DNA of 64,000 bases from Candidatus Omnitrophota bacterium (GCA_041651115.1 JBAZJY010000001.1:517165-581164), one strand, 5' to 3'. Positions 39,579 through 48,358 are shown, counted from the first letter of the stretch. Made by a program: numbers and translations. The notes: generated by a model from the letters alone, not told the origin.

Positions 39579-40502
39579 TTAAAAGAAATCGTTAAAATAG
39601 CTAACTGCGCATTTTAGACCTTCTGTAAAGGTAACGGTTGGCTGATAGCCAAGTTTTGCCTTGATCTTGGAAATATCCGCGAGGGTACGGAAGACATCCC
39701 CTGCCCTGATGGGCAGGAGCTTGGGTTGGATACTTTTACCTGTGATTTTGTTGAGCGTAGTAACGATGTCTAAGACTGTAGTATCAACTCCAGAGGCGAC
39801 GTTAAAGATATCGTGGGAAACGCCCGCTTTAGTAGCAGCAAGGATATTGGCGTCTACGACGTTGTCAATGTAGACAAAGTCCCTTGATTGCTTGCCAGTG
39901 CCGAAAATAGGCGGCTGCTGGTCATTAAGCACGCAATTAATAAACTTAGGGATAACTACGGCATACTCGTCGTCCAGCGCCTGGCGCGGGCCAAAGACGT
40001 TGAAATAACGCAGGCATACGGTCTCCAGGTTAAAAAACTCGGAAAATATACGGCAATAGTATTCACCGGTAAGCTTACTTAAGGCATAGGGTGAGATCAA
40101 TAGCGGAAGGTCTGTTTCCTGCTGGGGGAATTTATCGGTATCCCCATATATTGAGCTTGAAGAGGCAAAAACAAAACGTTTTACCTTATGTTTGGCTGCT
40201 GCCTGAAGCAGATTCAAGGTACCCTGAATGTTCACGTCATTGTAGCTGTCAGGATCCTTTAAGGAACCGGGAACAGAGCGCAGAGCAGCTTGATGAATGA
40301 CGTAATCCATGCCTTCGCAGGCTTTGTCGCAAGTGGATTTGTTGCGGATGTCGCCTTCAATTAATTCTACAGGAAATTTTAAATTATCATGTTTACCGCT
40401 GGAGAAGTTATCGAGGACACGAACAAAATGTTTTTCTTTTACTAATCTTTCAGCTATATTTGAGCCTATAAAACCGGCGCCGCCGGTAACTAAGAACTTC
40501 AT
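39579..40502 (-). CDS. NAD-dependent sugar epimerase/dehydratase (UDP-GlcNAc/Glc 4-epimerase-like, WbpP/TviC family)
   Basis: N-terminal VTGGAGFIGSN Rossmann motif; YxxxK catalytic region (YALSKLTGE). Confidence 0.8.
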   Translation of the reverse strand: MKFLVTGGAGFIGSNIAERLVKEKHFVRVLDNFSSGKHDNLKFPVELIEGDIRNKSTCDKACEGMDYVIHQAALRSVPGSLKDPDSYNDVNIQGTLNLLQAAAKHKVKRFVFASSSSIYGDTDKFPQQETDLPLLISPYALSKLTGEYYCRIFSEFFNLETVCLRYFNVFGPRQALDDEYAVVIPKFINCVLNDQQPPIFGTGKQSRDFVYIDNVVDANILAATKAGVSHDIFNVASGVDTTVLDIVTTLNKITGKSIQPKLLPIRAGDVFRTLADISKIKAKLGYQPTVTFTEGLKCAVSYFNDFF

Positions 40503-40514
40503 TGTATCTCCTTT

Positions 40515-41303
40515 TTACAGATACCGGTAAATGTAGCCGGGAATGTGGTATTGGATATTGGTCAGAATGTAACCGATGAGTTTGGCTTGAGACTGAAGGA
40601 TCAACTGTTCGCTGTGCTTGATTATGCCCTTCTGGGTCTTCTCTGCCTTTACCACCATGATCACGCCGTCAGTTTGCGCGCCCAGCAACCCTGCGTCGGT
40701 TACCGGGATGATCGGAGGGGTATCAAAAATTACGTAGTCGTATTTCTCCTTAAGCAGGCTAAGGAGATTTTTCATTTTTTGCGAGCCTAAAAGCTCGGAA
40801 GGATTATGGGGGATTTTTCCTGCCGGCAGGATGATCAAGTTGTCTATGCCGATATGCAGCATAGCCTCATCAATGTTGGTGCCGTTGGCAATTAAATCAG
40901 CCAGCCCGGTTTCCGCTTTTACCCCGAGATATTTGCTAAGGCTGGCGCGACGCATATCCGCGTCTACCAGAAGGATCTGCTTTTTGTTCAGGTCGCGCGC
41001 CATAGAGATAGCCAGATTAATAGCGGTAATAGTTTTACCTTCGGCATGATTAGAGCTGGTTATCGTGATCGTCTTTAGCGGATGCTTGGAGCTGATCGCC
41101 TGAAGATGCGTGCGCAAGGTGCGGTATTGCTCGGAAACCGGTGAATGCGGATCGTAAAAAGCCACGATACGCGGGTCAATACTGGAATCCGTGGTCTTCT
41201 TGGCAACGAATTCGTATTTGACTTCGGCTTTTTTCTCTATTTTTTCAATTCTCTGCAATCTCTCTTCGGCTGCTTTTTTTAATGCGTCGGTAATTTTGCC
41301 CAT
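40515..41303 (-). CDS. exopolysaccharide tyrosine autokinase (CpsD/EpsG-like P-loop ATPase)
   Basis: Walker A SSNHAEGKTITAINLA, Walker B LLVDADMR, C-terminal Tyr-rich tail YHIPGYIYRYL. Confidence 0.65.
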   Translation of the reverse strand: MGKITDALKKAAEERLQRIEKIEKKAEVKYEFVAKKTTDSSIDPRIVAFYDPHSPVSEQYRTLRTHLQAISSKHPLKTITITSSNHAEGKTITAINLAISMARDLNKKQILLVDADMRRASLSKYLGVKAETGLADLIANGTNIDEAMLHIGIDNLIILPAGKIPHNPSELLGSQKMKNLLSLLKEKYDYVIFDTPPIIPVTDAGLLGAQTDGVIMVVKAEKTQKGIIKHSEQLILQSQAKLIGYILTNIQYHIPGYIYRYL

Positions 41304-41326
41304 TTAATCTCCTTCAGTCCCTACTT

Positions 41327-42169
41327 TTAAATCGAATCGGGTATCTGAATATCCAAAGGTTTATAATGGAAGTCGCGTTCTTTGGCGACTTCGTTAATGA
41401 TATCCGCGGTGATCTGCTTTGCCTCGCTCACATAGCCGGATAAGAGCGCGCTGTCAGCAAGGATATTGATCAGGCGCGGGGTACCGACTGAATGCTTATA
41501 TAGCGCTTCAATTGCCTCCGGAGTGAAAAGCTCCTGGCTGTTTGGATTAACAAGGCTAAGGCGATGTTTAATGTATTTTTCTGTCTCTTCCCTGTTTAAA
41601 CTATTTAAGTGGCAGTAAACCATGATTCTCTGGCGGAATTGTTCAAGCTTGGGATTCTCAAGTTTTGCCTTAAGCTGTGGCTGGCCCATCAGAATGATCT
41701 GGATGAGCTTTTCCTTCTCGGTTTCAAGGTTTGAGAGCATCCTTACTTCTTCTAAGACCGTAGGGGTGAGATTTTGCGCTTCATCAATAATCAAGACAAT
41801 ATTCATATCAGCGCGCAGCTGCTGAATAAGATATTTATTGAGCTGGGATAATAATTTTTGCTTTGTGCCGGGCTTATAATCCACATCCAGCTCTTCCAGT
41901 ATCTCCGTAACCAACTCCCTACAGGTTAAGTGAGTATTAGTGATCAACGCTACCTTAGTATTCAAATTAAGCTTATTAAGCAGAGCCCTGCAAACCGTGG
42001 TCTTTCCCGCGCCGATCTCTCCGGTGATGACAATGAACCCCTTTCTTTCATTGATCGCATAGATCAGGCTATTCAACGCCTCCGTATGCTTGGCGCTGGG
42101 AAAGAAAAATTTTGAATCGGGCGTAGTATTAAACGGTTTTTCGCTAAAGTTATAAAATTGTTCGTACAC
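41327..42169 (-). CDS. ExeA-like AAA ATPase (PEP-CTERM locus secretion ATPase subfamily)
   Basis: Walker A ITGEIGAGKTTV, Walker B IVLIIDEAQNL; size and neighbourhood match the PEP-CTERM-associated ExeA-type ATPase. Confidence 0.65.
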   Translation of the reverse strand: MYEQFYNFSEKPFNTTPDSKFFFPSAKHTEALNSLIYAINERKGFIVITGEIGAGKTTVCRALLNKLNLNTKVALITNTHLTCRELVTEILEELDVDYKPGTKQKLLSQLNKYLIQQLRADMNIVLIIDEAQNLTPTVLEEVRMLSNLETEKEKLIQIILMGQPQLKAKLENPKLEQFRQRIMVYCHLNSLNREETEKYIKHRLSLVNPNSQELFTPEAIEALYKHSVGTPRLINILADSALLSGYVSEAKQITADIINEVAKERDFHYKPLDIQIPDSI

Positions 42170-42171
42170 GC

Positions 42172-43506
42172 TTATCTCCTAACAAATGAGAATAACAGGG
42201 CCGCGATGATTAACGCAAGCGATGACAATGAAACAACAATTGCCAGCTTTTTTCTCCAGTTCTTTTCTTTATCTATCTCTTCCTGCGTAGTGATGCGCGA
42301 TATCCCGCCTAAAACAGGAAACTTTAAATTATCTTTAGCATCGGCAATGTCTAAAATGGACTGGTCAAGGAATTCACCTGCTAAAACAAGGCCTACTCCT
42401 ACGCCTGCGCCTAAAAGCAGGCCCATAAATATGATCATAGCCTTATTGGGCTTTGCCGGCCGATAAGGAAGCCGTGGCGGGTCAATCACAGTGTAACGCG
42501 TGCCTTGCCTTGACGCTTCCAAGCGCTGGGTGATCTTGGCGGTTTCTAATTTTTGAAGCAGCATATTGTAAATATTTTCGTTGACATTTTTATCCCGGGC
42601 AAGCACGGAATCATACTTATCCATCAGCATTAATTTATAGATCGCGGCATTAGGATCGGTAGCGCCGTTATCGACGCCAAGATACGCAGCTCCTCCGGAG
42701 GTAGTTTCCTGACTAATGACCTTATCCAGTTCCTGCTGCAGCGCCTTATATGCCGGATCGTCTTTTAGCGGAGCAGTGGCAACTTTAAACTCGCCTGATT
42801 CCAGTTCTTTTTTGGCAATATCCAGTTTCTGGCGCAGTTCTCTGACTAATGGATGCTGTTCAGTAGAATCAACCAGCAGGTTCTTAAGCTGTTCTTCCAA
42901 ATCGGAAACCTCCGACTCTTTGATTTTTCTTTTATATACATCAAGCTGTTCCTTGATAAACTCAATCGCCACGTCGGTTTCCTTGGTCTGCGTGCGCATG
43001 TTTTCATCAACCAGGTTGTCGCTTAGGGTCTGGGTAATACGCTGGGTTTGGCGCGGTTCATCGCCAAAATAAGATATCCTGATAATCGTAGGCATATTTT
43101 GCGCGTGCGAGCTCGGGCCGCGCATCTGCACGCTGATATTTTTCCGTAAACCTAAAATAAGGTTTTCAAACTGCTGCTGCGTCTGGATATTTTTTGCCAG
43201 GTCCAGCTTCTTGGTCAATTCTACAAGACTGTTCCATCCCAAGAGCATTTCTTTTATGGTCTGCATCCTTTGGATGGCGGAAGTAGAAACTGCCAGATCC
43301 TGGATCAGCGGGTTAATGATCTTTTCTTCCTCAACCAGGATCAGCGTATAAGCTTCATAGCGCGGCGGCATAACAAAAGCAGCAACAATGCCCAAAACCA
43401 GGCCGATGAACGCCGGGTAAATTACCGTCCATTTACGCCTGAAAAATATCTTTAAGTATTCTAGGGGGTGTGTAACTTTAGCAGTTTCTTGATTTTCCAT
43501 ATTCAT
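42172..43506 (-). CDS. polysaccharide chain-length determinant protein (Wzz/GumC-like, PEP-CTERM locus type)
   Basis: N- and C-terminal TM helices flanking a long coiled-coil periplasmic domain. Confidence 0.65.
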   Translation of the reverse strand: MNMENQETAKVTHPLEYLKIFFRRKWTVIYPAFIGLVLGIVAAFVMPPRYEAYTLILVEEEKIINPLIQDLAVSTSAIQRMQTIKEMLLGWNSLVELTKKLDLAKNIQTQQQFENLILGLRKNISVQMRGPSSHAQNMPTIIRISYFGDEPRQTQRITQTLSDNLVDENMRTQTKETDVAIEFIKEQLDVYKRKIKESEVSDLEEQLKNLLVDSTEQHPLVRELRQKLDIAKKELESGEFKVATAPLKDDPAYKALQQELDKVISQETTSGGAAYLGVDNGATDPNAAIYKLMLMDKYDSVLARDKNVNENIYNMLLQKLETAKITQRLEASRQGTRYTVIDPPRLPYRPAKPNKAMIIFMGLLLGAGVGVGLVLAGEFLDQSILDIADAKDNLKFPVLGGISRITTQEEIDKEKNWRKKLAIVVSLSSLALIIAALLFSFVRR

Positions 43507-43511
43507 CTCTC

Positions 43512-44276
43512 TTATTTAGTGACGAGGTTACTAATCGCGCTCTTAGCGGTAGATGCGCCTTCCGGAGCTGCGCTCATGCCTGAAACAGTCGCGGTTACAG
43601 GATTAATTATGCGCACGATCTTAGCCATAACAGTGCTGGGCACGTACAATACGTCTCCCGGGCGCATATCATAGTTATATTTTAAGTTCCCGCCGTAAAG
43701 CACGGCGTAAAGGTCCACTGCGCGGGTCTTCATATTACCGTTATTATCCGGGGTAATGATGCGGCACTTGCGCATTGCCGCTGCCAGCGTAGGCAGGCCT
43801 GCCTGCACTACCGCTTCCCTGACCGGGATGGTTTCCGAACGCATATAGTATTTGCCGGGCTTGGCAACTTCTCCCAAAACGTAAATCACTTTACTCTTAT
43901 ACTCTACTACTGCCACGTTGATCTCCGGGTTGATGACGTAGACGGAAACTACCTCCTTAAGTTTATCTTCCAGTTGTTTTTTGGTCAGGCCGTTGACGTC
44001 TATGTCTCCGACAAACTTATACTGGAGCTTTCCCTCAAGGTTGATCGGGTAGATGCCGCTGAATTCAGGATGGCGCATTACGCTAACCTCAACAATGTCA
44101 TCCGGGCCTAAAGTGTAACGCAAAGGGTCAAAACCTGATTGCGGGGTGTTTGCGGACGCTTCCTGCGCTACGGGTACTGATGGAAGAGAGATAGTTATCT
44201 CCTCCTCTGCCTGAACTATGCCAAAAAGGGCTAAAATCGCTAAAATCAGGATAAAAAACTTAAAGTTGTTTTTCAT
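43512..44276 (-). CDS. polysaccharide export protein (Wza/EpsE-like, SLBB domain)
   Basis: Signal peptide (start at MKNNFKFF), PGD..YVP polysaccharide-export motif region; first gene of the roughly 29-kb minus-strand locus. Confidence 0.65.
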   Translation of the reverse strand: MKNNFKFFILILAILALFGIVQAEEEITISLPSVPVAQEASANTPQSGFDPLRYTLGPDDIVEVSVMRHPEFSGIYPINLEGKLQYKFVGDIDVNGLTKKQLEDKLKEVVSVYVINPEINVAVVEYKSKVIYVLGEVAKPGKYYMRSETIPVREAVVQAGLPTLAAAMRKCRIITPDNNGNMKTRAVDLYAVLYGGNLKYNYDMRPGDVLYVPSTVMAKIVRIINPVTATVSGMSAAPEGASTAKSAISNLVTK

Positions 44277-44472
44277 TGCCGCTCTCCTCATATATAATTG
44301 TTTCCTTAAAGTCGCGTAATCGCCGGAAGTCGTCCTTATCATAGACGCGCCATCCGCGCCAATCGCGCTTGGGCCGGCTAACCTTGCCGGATTTTTCCCA
44401 GCGGATGATCGTCTTGGGCGTTACCTTGATCCTTCCTGCCACATCCGTAATCGTCATTTTACCGTTACTCAA
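44260..44472 (-). CDS. excisionase-family (HTH_17/MerR-like) DNA-binding protein
   Basis: TITDVAGRIKVTPKTIIRWEKSGK helix-turn-helix resembling Xis/AlpA-type binders. Confidence 0.5.
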   Translation of the reverse strand: MSNGKMTITDVAGRIKVTPKTIIRWEKSGKVSRPKRDWRGWRVYDKDDFRRLRDFKETIIYEESGNEKQL

Positions 44473-44520
44473 CTTAAGCCTCCTTGTAATAATTAGGTAT
44501 TTTGTATTATTAAGTCTTAT

Positions 44521-44560
44521 TATGTCCGGGTATGTCCGGGTATGTCCTAAAACGTCCGTA
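44521..44560. repeat. tandem 10-bp direct repeats (TATGTCCGGG x2.5 plus a degenerate copy) in the leader of the EPS export operon
   Basis: tatgtccggg tatgtccggg tatgtcc taa aacgtccgta; one-helical-turn periodicity. Confidence 0.7.
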
Positions 44561-44573
44561 TATTACTTATAAT

Positions 44574-44589
44574 AGCACATTCTGTGCCA
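44574..44589 (-). promoter_or_regulatory. candidate sigma-54 promoter TGGCACAGAATGTGCT
   Basis: Minus strand has GG/GC at -24/-12 spacing; about 100 nt upstream of the HTH gene and the export operon. Confidence 0.4.
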
Positions 44590-44832
44590 AATCAAAGGAA
44601 ATTTGGAAAAATTTTTAATTTGAGTTGTAAGTTATTGATTTAATTGAAGATATTATATTGCTGGCGTAGCAACCTAATACGTGGATTTTAGGGCTATAAG
44701 CGGATTTAAAAAATCATGATTATATTAAGCAACGATGAAAACGGCACAAAAGGCATAGACCGGAAAATATCCCAGTCTAACCATTTGTGCCACAAAAAGA
44801 TAGGATTAATGTCTACTTAAATAAACAAATTG

Positions 44833-45075
44833 TTACGAAGTTTTAGAATATAGCCCAGCATAGAGATCAAGGACCTGCCGGATCATGCATTGGTACTTTT
44901 GATGATGCTGCCGGGCAGCTCGCTTGAAAAATTCTATGCTTTTGCGGCTTAAGGAAATCGTGATTTTCGCGCTTTCTTCCGGGAAAATAAGCTCCTCCGG
45001 AGGCGGCAAAAAGTCCTTCACTCTTGTCAATTTCCCAATCGGCATATTCTCATCGTATTCATTCTTCTTTCTCAT
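44833..45075 (-). CDS. brnA: BrnA-family antitoxin
   Basis: MRKKNEYDENMPIGK...DFLPPPEEL matches the BrnA (COG3514) N-terminal consensus; RHH-like C-terminus. Confidence 0.6.
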   Translation of the reverse strand: MRKKNEYDENMPIGKLTRVKDFLPPPEELIFPEESAKITISLSRKSIEFFKRAARQHHQKYQCMIRQVLDLYAGLYSKTS

Positions 45076-45244
45076 AGTATTTCGCCCCTTTCCTCCAATG
45101 CCCTGCCCCAATTATCCGGATTTTACCTTCCCGATACGTAAACCTTACCGTAAGAATCCTTCCTTCTACTTTCCCAATGCAGAACAACCGCTCCTCCGCG
45201 GCTGAATGCTTAGTATCAACAAAGTATATGCTAAATATGGTTAA
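45059..45244 (-). pseudogene. brnT: BrnT-family (DUF497) toxin remnant, N-terminally truncated
   Basis: Frame overlapping the brnA start encodes ...EERLFCIGKVEGRILTVRFTYREGKIRIIGAGHWRKG, which matches the BrnT C-terminal half; an in-frame stop lies upstream and no start codon is present. Confidence 0.4.
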
Positions 45245-45339
45245 TTGTCAATACAATTATATGTATAATATGCCATATTTAGCTGCCTCCTTCCTTTATA
45301 TCAATAGACGGAGCAGCAGGATAAATCTAACGGATATTT

Positions 45340-45774
45340 TTACTTAATGTTGTCGGAGATAAGTTCCGTCATATGCGCTTTCAAGAATTTGGCTATAGCG
45401 CTAACTGTCTCATCCTTAAATCCCGGAGGACTTTGGGCTACCCACATCGTAAAATTATACAGTTCTTGCGTGTCTACTTTGAGCCATTTTTTATTTTTGT
45501 GTAAAAATACGAATAGTGTCGTCATTGCGATGCGCTTATTGCCGTTTTGAAAAGGATGATTTTTGACCATTAGATACAATAATACGCTTGCCTTCGTAAC
45601 AAGCGTTGGATAAAGAGACTTCCCGCCGAAAGTCTGGAATGGGGCCGACAGACAGCTTTCCAGCGCATTGGCAAAACGTGTAGAGAAATCCGGGATCGGC
45701 TCGTTAAAAGACATCAGCGCCTTAGCCAGCCTGAAAGATATATACTCAACTTCCTTTGCAGTCAAACCCTTCAT
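45340..45774 (-). CDS. doc: Doc/Fic-family toxin (death-on-curing)
   Basis: Fic/Doc active-site motif HPFQNGNKR; 144 aa. Confidence 0.75.
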   Translation of the reverse strand: MKGLTAKEVEYISFRLAKALMSFNEPIPDFSTRFANALESCLSAPFQTFGGKSLYPTLVTKASVLLYLMVKNHPFQNGNKRIAMTTLFVFLHKNKKWLKVDTQELYNFTMWVAQSPPGFKDETVSAIAKFLKAHMTELISDNIK

Positions 45775-46032
45775 TTATTCCCTGCCTAAGCGTTTCAAGA
45801 CCTCACCGTAATCATTTACGGTCTTTCTTACGGCAGCATCTATCTGCCGTTTGGCGCTTACGCTTAAGGCCTTGCCGGTAATCGCGTCAAGATATTTACG
45901 GGGAATAGCATAATTTCTGCCTATACGGACTGCTTTGATTTGCCCGTTTTTAACCTTCTTAAAGACCGCAATTCTGCTTAAACCAAGAATGTTGGCCAAC
46001 TCTGGTATACTGATATATTGCTTGCTCATCAT
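45775..46032 (-). CDS. excisionase-type HTH (HTH_17) protein, probable Doc-neutralising antitoxin
   Basis: N-terminal HTH (ISIPELANILGLSRIAVFKKVKNGQIKAVRIGRNYAIP); stop codon abuts the doc start with zero spacing. Confidence 0.55.
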   Translation of the reverse strand: MMSKQYISIPELANILGLSRIAVFKKVKNGQIKAVRIGRNYAIPRKYLDAITGKALSVSAKRQIDAAVRKTVNDYGEVLKRLGRE

Positions 46033-46112
46033 CCATTACCTCTTTCTTAAACAGATTAACCTATGTTAACCGACCATGTATAGGTTAACATAAAAATACC
46101 CGGGAGTCAAGA

Positions 46113-47747
46113 TTATTTGTTACTACGGCGGGGGCGTTTGAACTCAAAGATCTCAATGGCTTCAAGGATGAGCAGGAGCGCCAGGAAAAGCAGGATTGCG
46201 CCAATAAAGCCGATCAGGCTTACCTTATATTGTAGGATGACTAGCAATAAGGCCCAGAGCGTCATTACCAGCATAAAAACCATGGGGATGACCACAAACC
46301 AAATGTGCTTGCCCTTCTTCTTTAGCCACACTGCCACAACCATCAGGGCCAAGCCTGCCAACAGCTGGTTAGTTGCGCCAAAAATCGGCCAAATGATCTT
46401 CCAGGCAGGGACGATGTTGCCGCTTGGATCCTTAATATTAATCAGCACAAAGAACGCCGGCAGGATAAGAGTAATTAGTGTTGCCAGATAGCGCGTACGT
46501 CTGCCCTCAATGTTGAAAATCTCCTGGAAGATATAACGCGCCAGGCGAGTGGCAGTATCCAGCGTGGTAAGAATAAAAGCAGATAATGCCAATAAGCCAA
46601 AAGAAGCGCCAATCTTTTCCGGAATGCCAAAGACAGATAAGAATTTAGCCATACCGGCGCCATAAATTGCCAGCGGTGCTTTAGCTGCCAAGGGGTCCCC
46701 TCTGCCAATAACCATTACCGTGGCTAATGCAATGATTGCGACCAATCCTTCAACAAGCATGGCGCCGTAACCAATCGGCAGGGCGTCAGCTTCTTTTTTT
46801 AGTTGTTTAGAGGTCGTGCCGCTGGCAACTACAGCATGAAAGCCGCTGATCGCTCCGCAGGCAACAGTTACAAAGAGTATGGGAAACATTGGGCCGATAT
46901 CCTGAACGTTCCAGGCGGTAAATGCCGGGTAATTAAGCGGCAGGCCGCCAAGAAGGATCCCGAAAAAACCTCCGAACAACGACGCGTAAAGCAGAAAACT
47001 GCAGAGATAATCCCGCGGCTGTAACAATATCCAAACCGGGGTAATTGAAGCGACAAAGCAATAAACGATCAATACGAGATCCCAGGTTTTGGCCTGGTCT
47101 CCCAGGAGCGTCGGAACATTGTTTAAGGGTATTTTCTGGCCTACCCAGATGAAAAAAAATACTAACGGCACAAATATCAAAGAAGCCCATTTTAAGGACA
47201 TTTTCAGCCGATACAAGGAAAATCCAAAACCTATTGCCGCCAGTATAAAAAATAAAGACGAGGTAGCTACTCCCCCGTCAAGTTTGAAAGTGTTAGCTGT
47301 CAGGTCGGTAAAAACAGTCAGGACATATACCAGGCTTAGCCAGATGAAGGCCAGCATCAGATGGTATGCCCGCTTGGACATGTAGGTATTGGCGATCTCG
47401 GCAATAGAGCGGCCGCGATTACGGATAGAAATGATCAGGCTGGAAAAATCGTGGATACCACCGATAAAGATAGAGCCGATAACCACCCAAAGCCAGACCG
47501 GCCCCCAACCAAAAGCAATACCGGCAATGATCGGGCCTAAAACCGGTCCCGCGCCTGCAATTGACGAGAAATGATGTCCGAATAGTACGGGCGCGGGAGC
47601 AGGCACATAGTCCACTCCGTCATACATCGCATGCGACGGCGGATGATTTTTATTATTCAGCTCAAAATGCGCTTTAAGGAAGAAGCCATATCTTCTATAA
47701 GCCAAAACGAACAGAACGCAGGCTAGCAAAAATATGGCGGTGAGCAC
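46113..47747 (-). CDS. cstA: carbon starvation protein A (peptide/pyruvate transporter family)
   Basis: Conserved CstA N-terminal region (HHFSSIAGAGPVLGPIIAG...WGPVWLWVVIGSIFIGGIHDF); 544 aa; about 16 TM segments. Confidence 0.9.
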   Translation of the reverse strand: MLTAIFLLACVLFVLAYRRYGFFLKAHFELNNKNHPPSHAMYDGVDYVPAPAPVLFGHHFSSIAGAGPVLGPIIAGIAFGWGPVWLWVVIGSIFIGGIHDFSSLIISIRNRGRSIAEIANTYMSKRAYHLMLAFIWLSLVYVLTVFTDLTANTFKLDGGVATSSLFFILAAIGFGFSLYRLKMSLKWASLIFVPLVFFFIWVGQKIPLNNVPTLLGDQAKTWDLVLIVYCFVASITPVWILLQPRDYLCSFLLYASLFGGFFGILLGGLPLNYPAFTAWNVQDIGPMFPILFVTVACGAISGFHAVVASGTTSKQLKKEADALPIGYGAMLVEGLVAIIALATVMVIGRGDPLAAKAPLAIYGAGMAKFLSVFGIPEKIGASFGLLALSAFILTTLDTATRLARYIFQEIFNIEGRRTRYLATLITLILPAFFVLINIKDPSGNIVPAWKIIWPIFGATNQLLAGLALMVVAVWLKKKGKHIWFVVIPMVFMLVMTLWALLLVILQYKVSLIGFIGAILLFLALLLILEAIEIFEFKRPRRSNK

Positions 47748-47750
47748 TCT

Positions 47751-47933
47751 CTATGAGCAGTCGGGGCGCCAGCAGCAGCTCATCTGGCCGCATCTATCAC
47801 GATAGCCCGTGGCAAAACATTGGGAGTTACCCTCTTGCTTTTGTATGCCGCGGATAAGTTCTTTTTTGGAATACTTCCAGGTGTCCTTGATGCCTTTTTG
47901 TCTTGCCCTTTTTTCAATTTCTGAAAGCCTCAT
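47751..47933 (-). CDS. small Cys-rich hypothetical protein
   Basis: 60 aa with a C-terminal CxxxxxxxC..CC cluster; 3 nt upstream of cstA. Confidence 0.3.
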   Translation of the reverse strand: MRLSEIEKRARQKGIKDTWKYSKKELIRGIQKQEGNSQCFATGYRDRCGQMSCCWRPDCS

Positions 47934-47948
47934 TTCTACTACCCCTCC

Positions 47949-48341
47949 TTATGCTTTATAAACTACGTCGTGCTGCCTAACCCGGGAATTGACCAATAAA
48001 CCGATCTCATCCCCCTTCTTCGCAGAATTTACCGGCACGCGGTCAATCTGCATTGAATCTACGTTTTGCGTAAAGTCGGTGGTGTGGCCCTTTATTTTAA
48101 CTACCACCCCCGCTGTCAAAGGAACCTTTAGTTTGATCACTGCTGCCCGGACATGAGGAAAATAATGCGTAACTATGCCGATAACGTCTTTCTTGGCCTT
48201 AGCCTTTGCCTTGGGATTTTTTGCCTTAATCTTAGGCCTTAGTTTCGGCTTTGCCTTGACTTTTCTCTTAACTGTTCTCTTTACGGCTTTTTTCTTCGTA
48301 GCTTTCTTTTTTACGGGCTTTTTCTTCTTTTTAGTTGCCAT
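47949..48341 (-). CDS. lysine/alanine-rich (histone-H1-like tail) protein with C-terminal beta-barrel-like domain
   Basis: Start moved to MATKKKKKPVKKK (GGAGG SD upstream); about 50-aa KKAK-repeat tail followed by an 80-aa folded region. Confidence 0.45.
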   Translation of the reverse strand: MATKKKKKPVKKKATKKKAVKRTVKRKVKAKPKLRPKIKAKNPKAKAKAKKDVIGIVTHYFPHVRAAVIKLKVPLTAGVVVKIKGHTTDFTQNVDSMQIDRVPVNSAKKGDEIGLLVNSRVRQHDVVYKA

Positions 48342-48358
48342 CCGTCCTCCCCTTCTTA

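Noticed and set aside
44276-44342. Extended N-terminus of the Wza-like gene (MIRTTSGDYATLRKQLYMRRAA)
   Set aside because: It overlaps the HTH ORF, and the signal peptide begins at MKNNFKFF, so the shorter start at 44276 was adopted.
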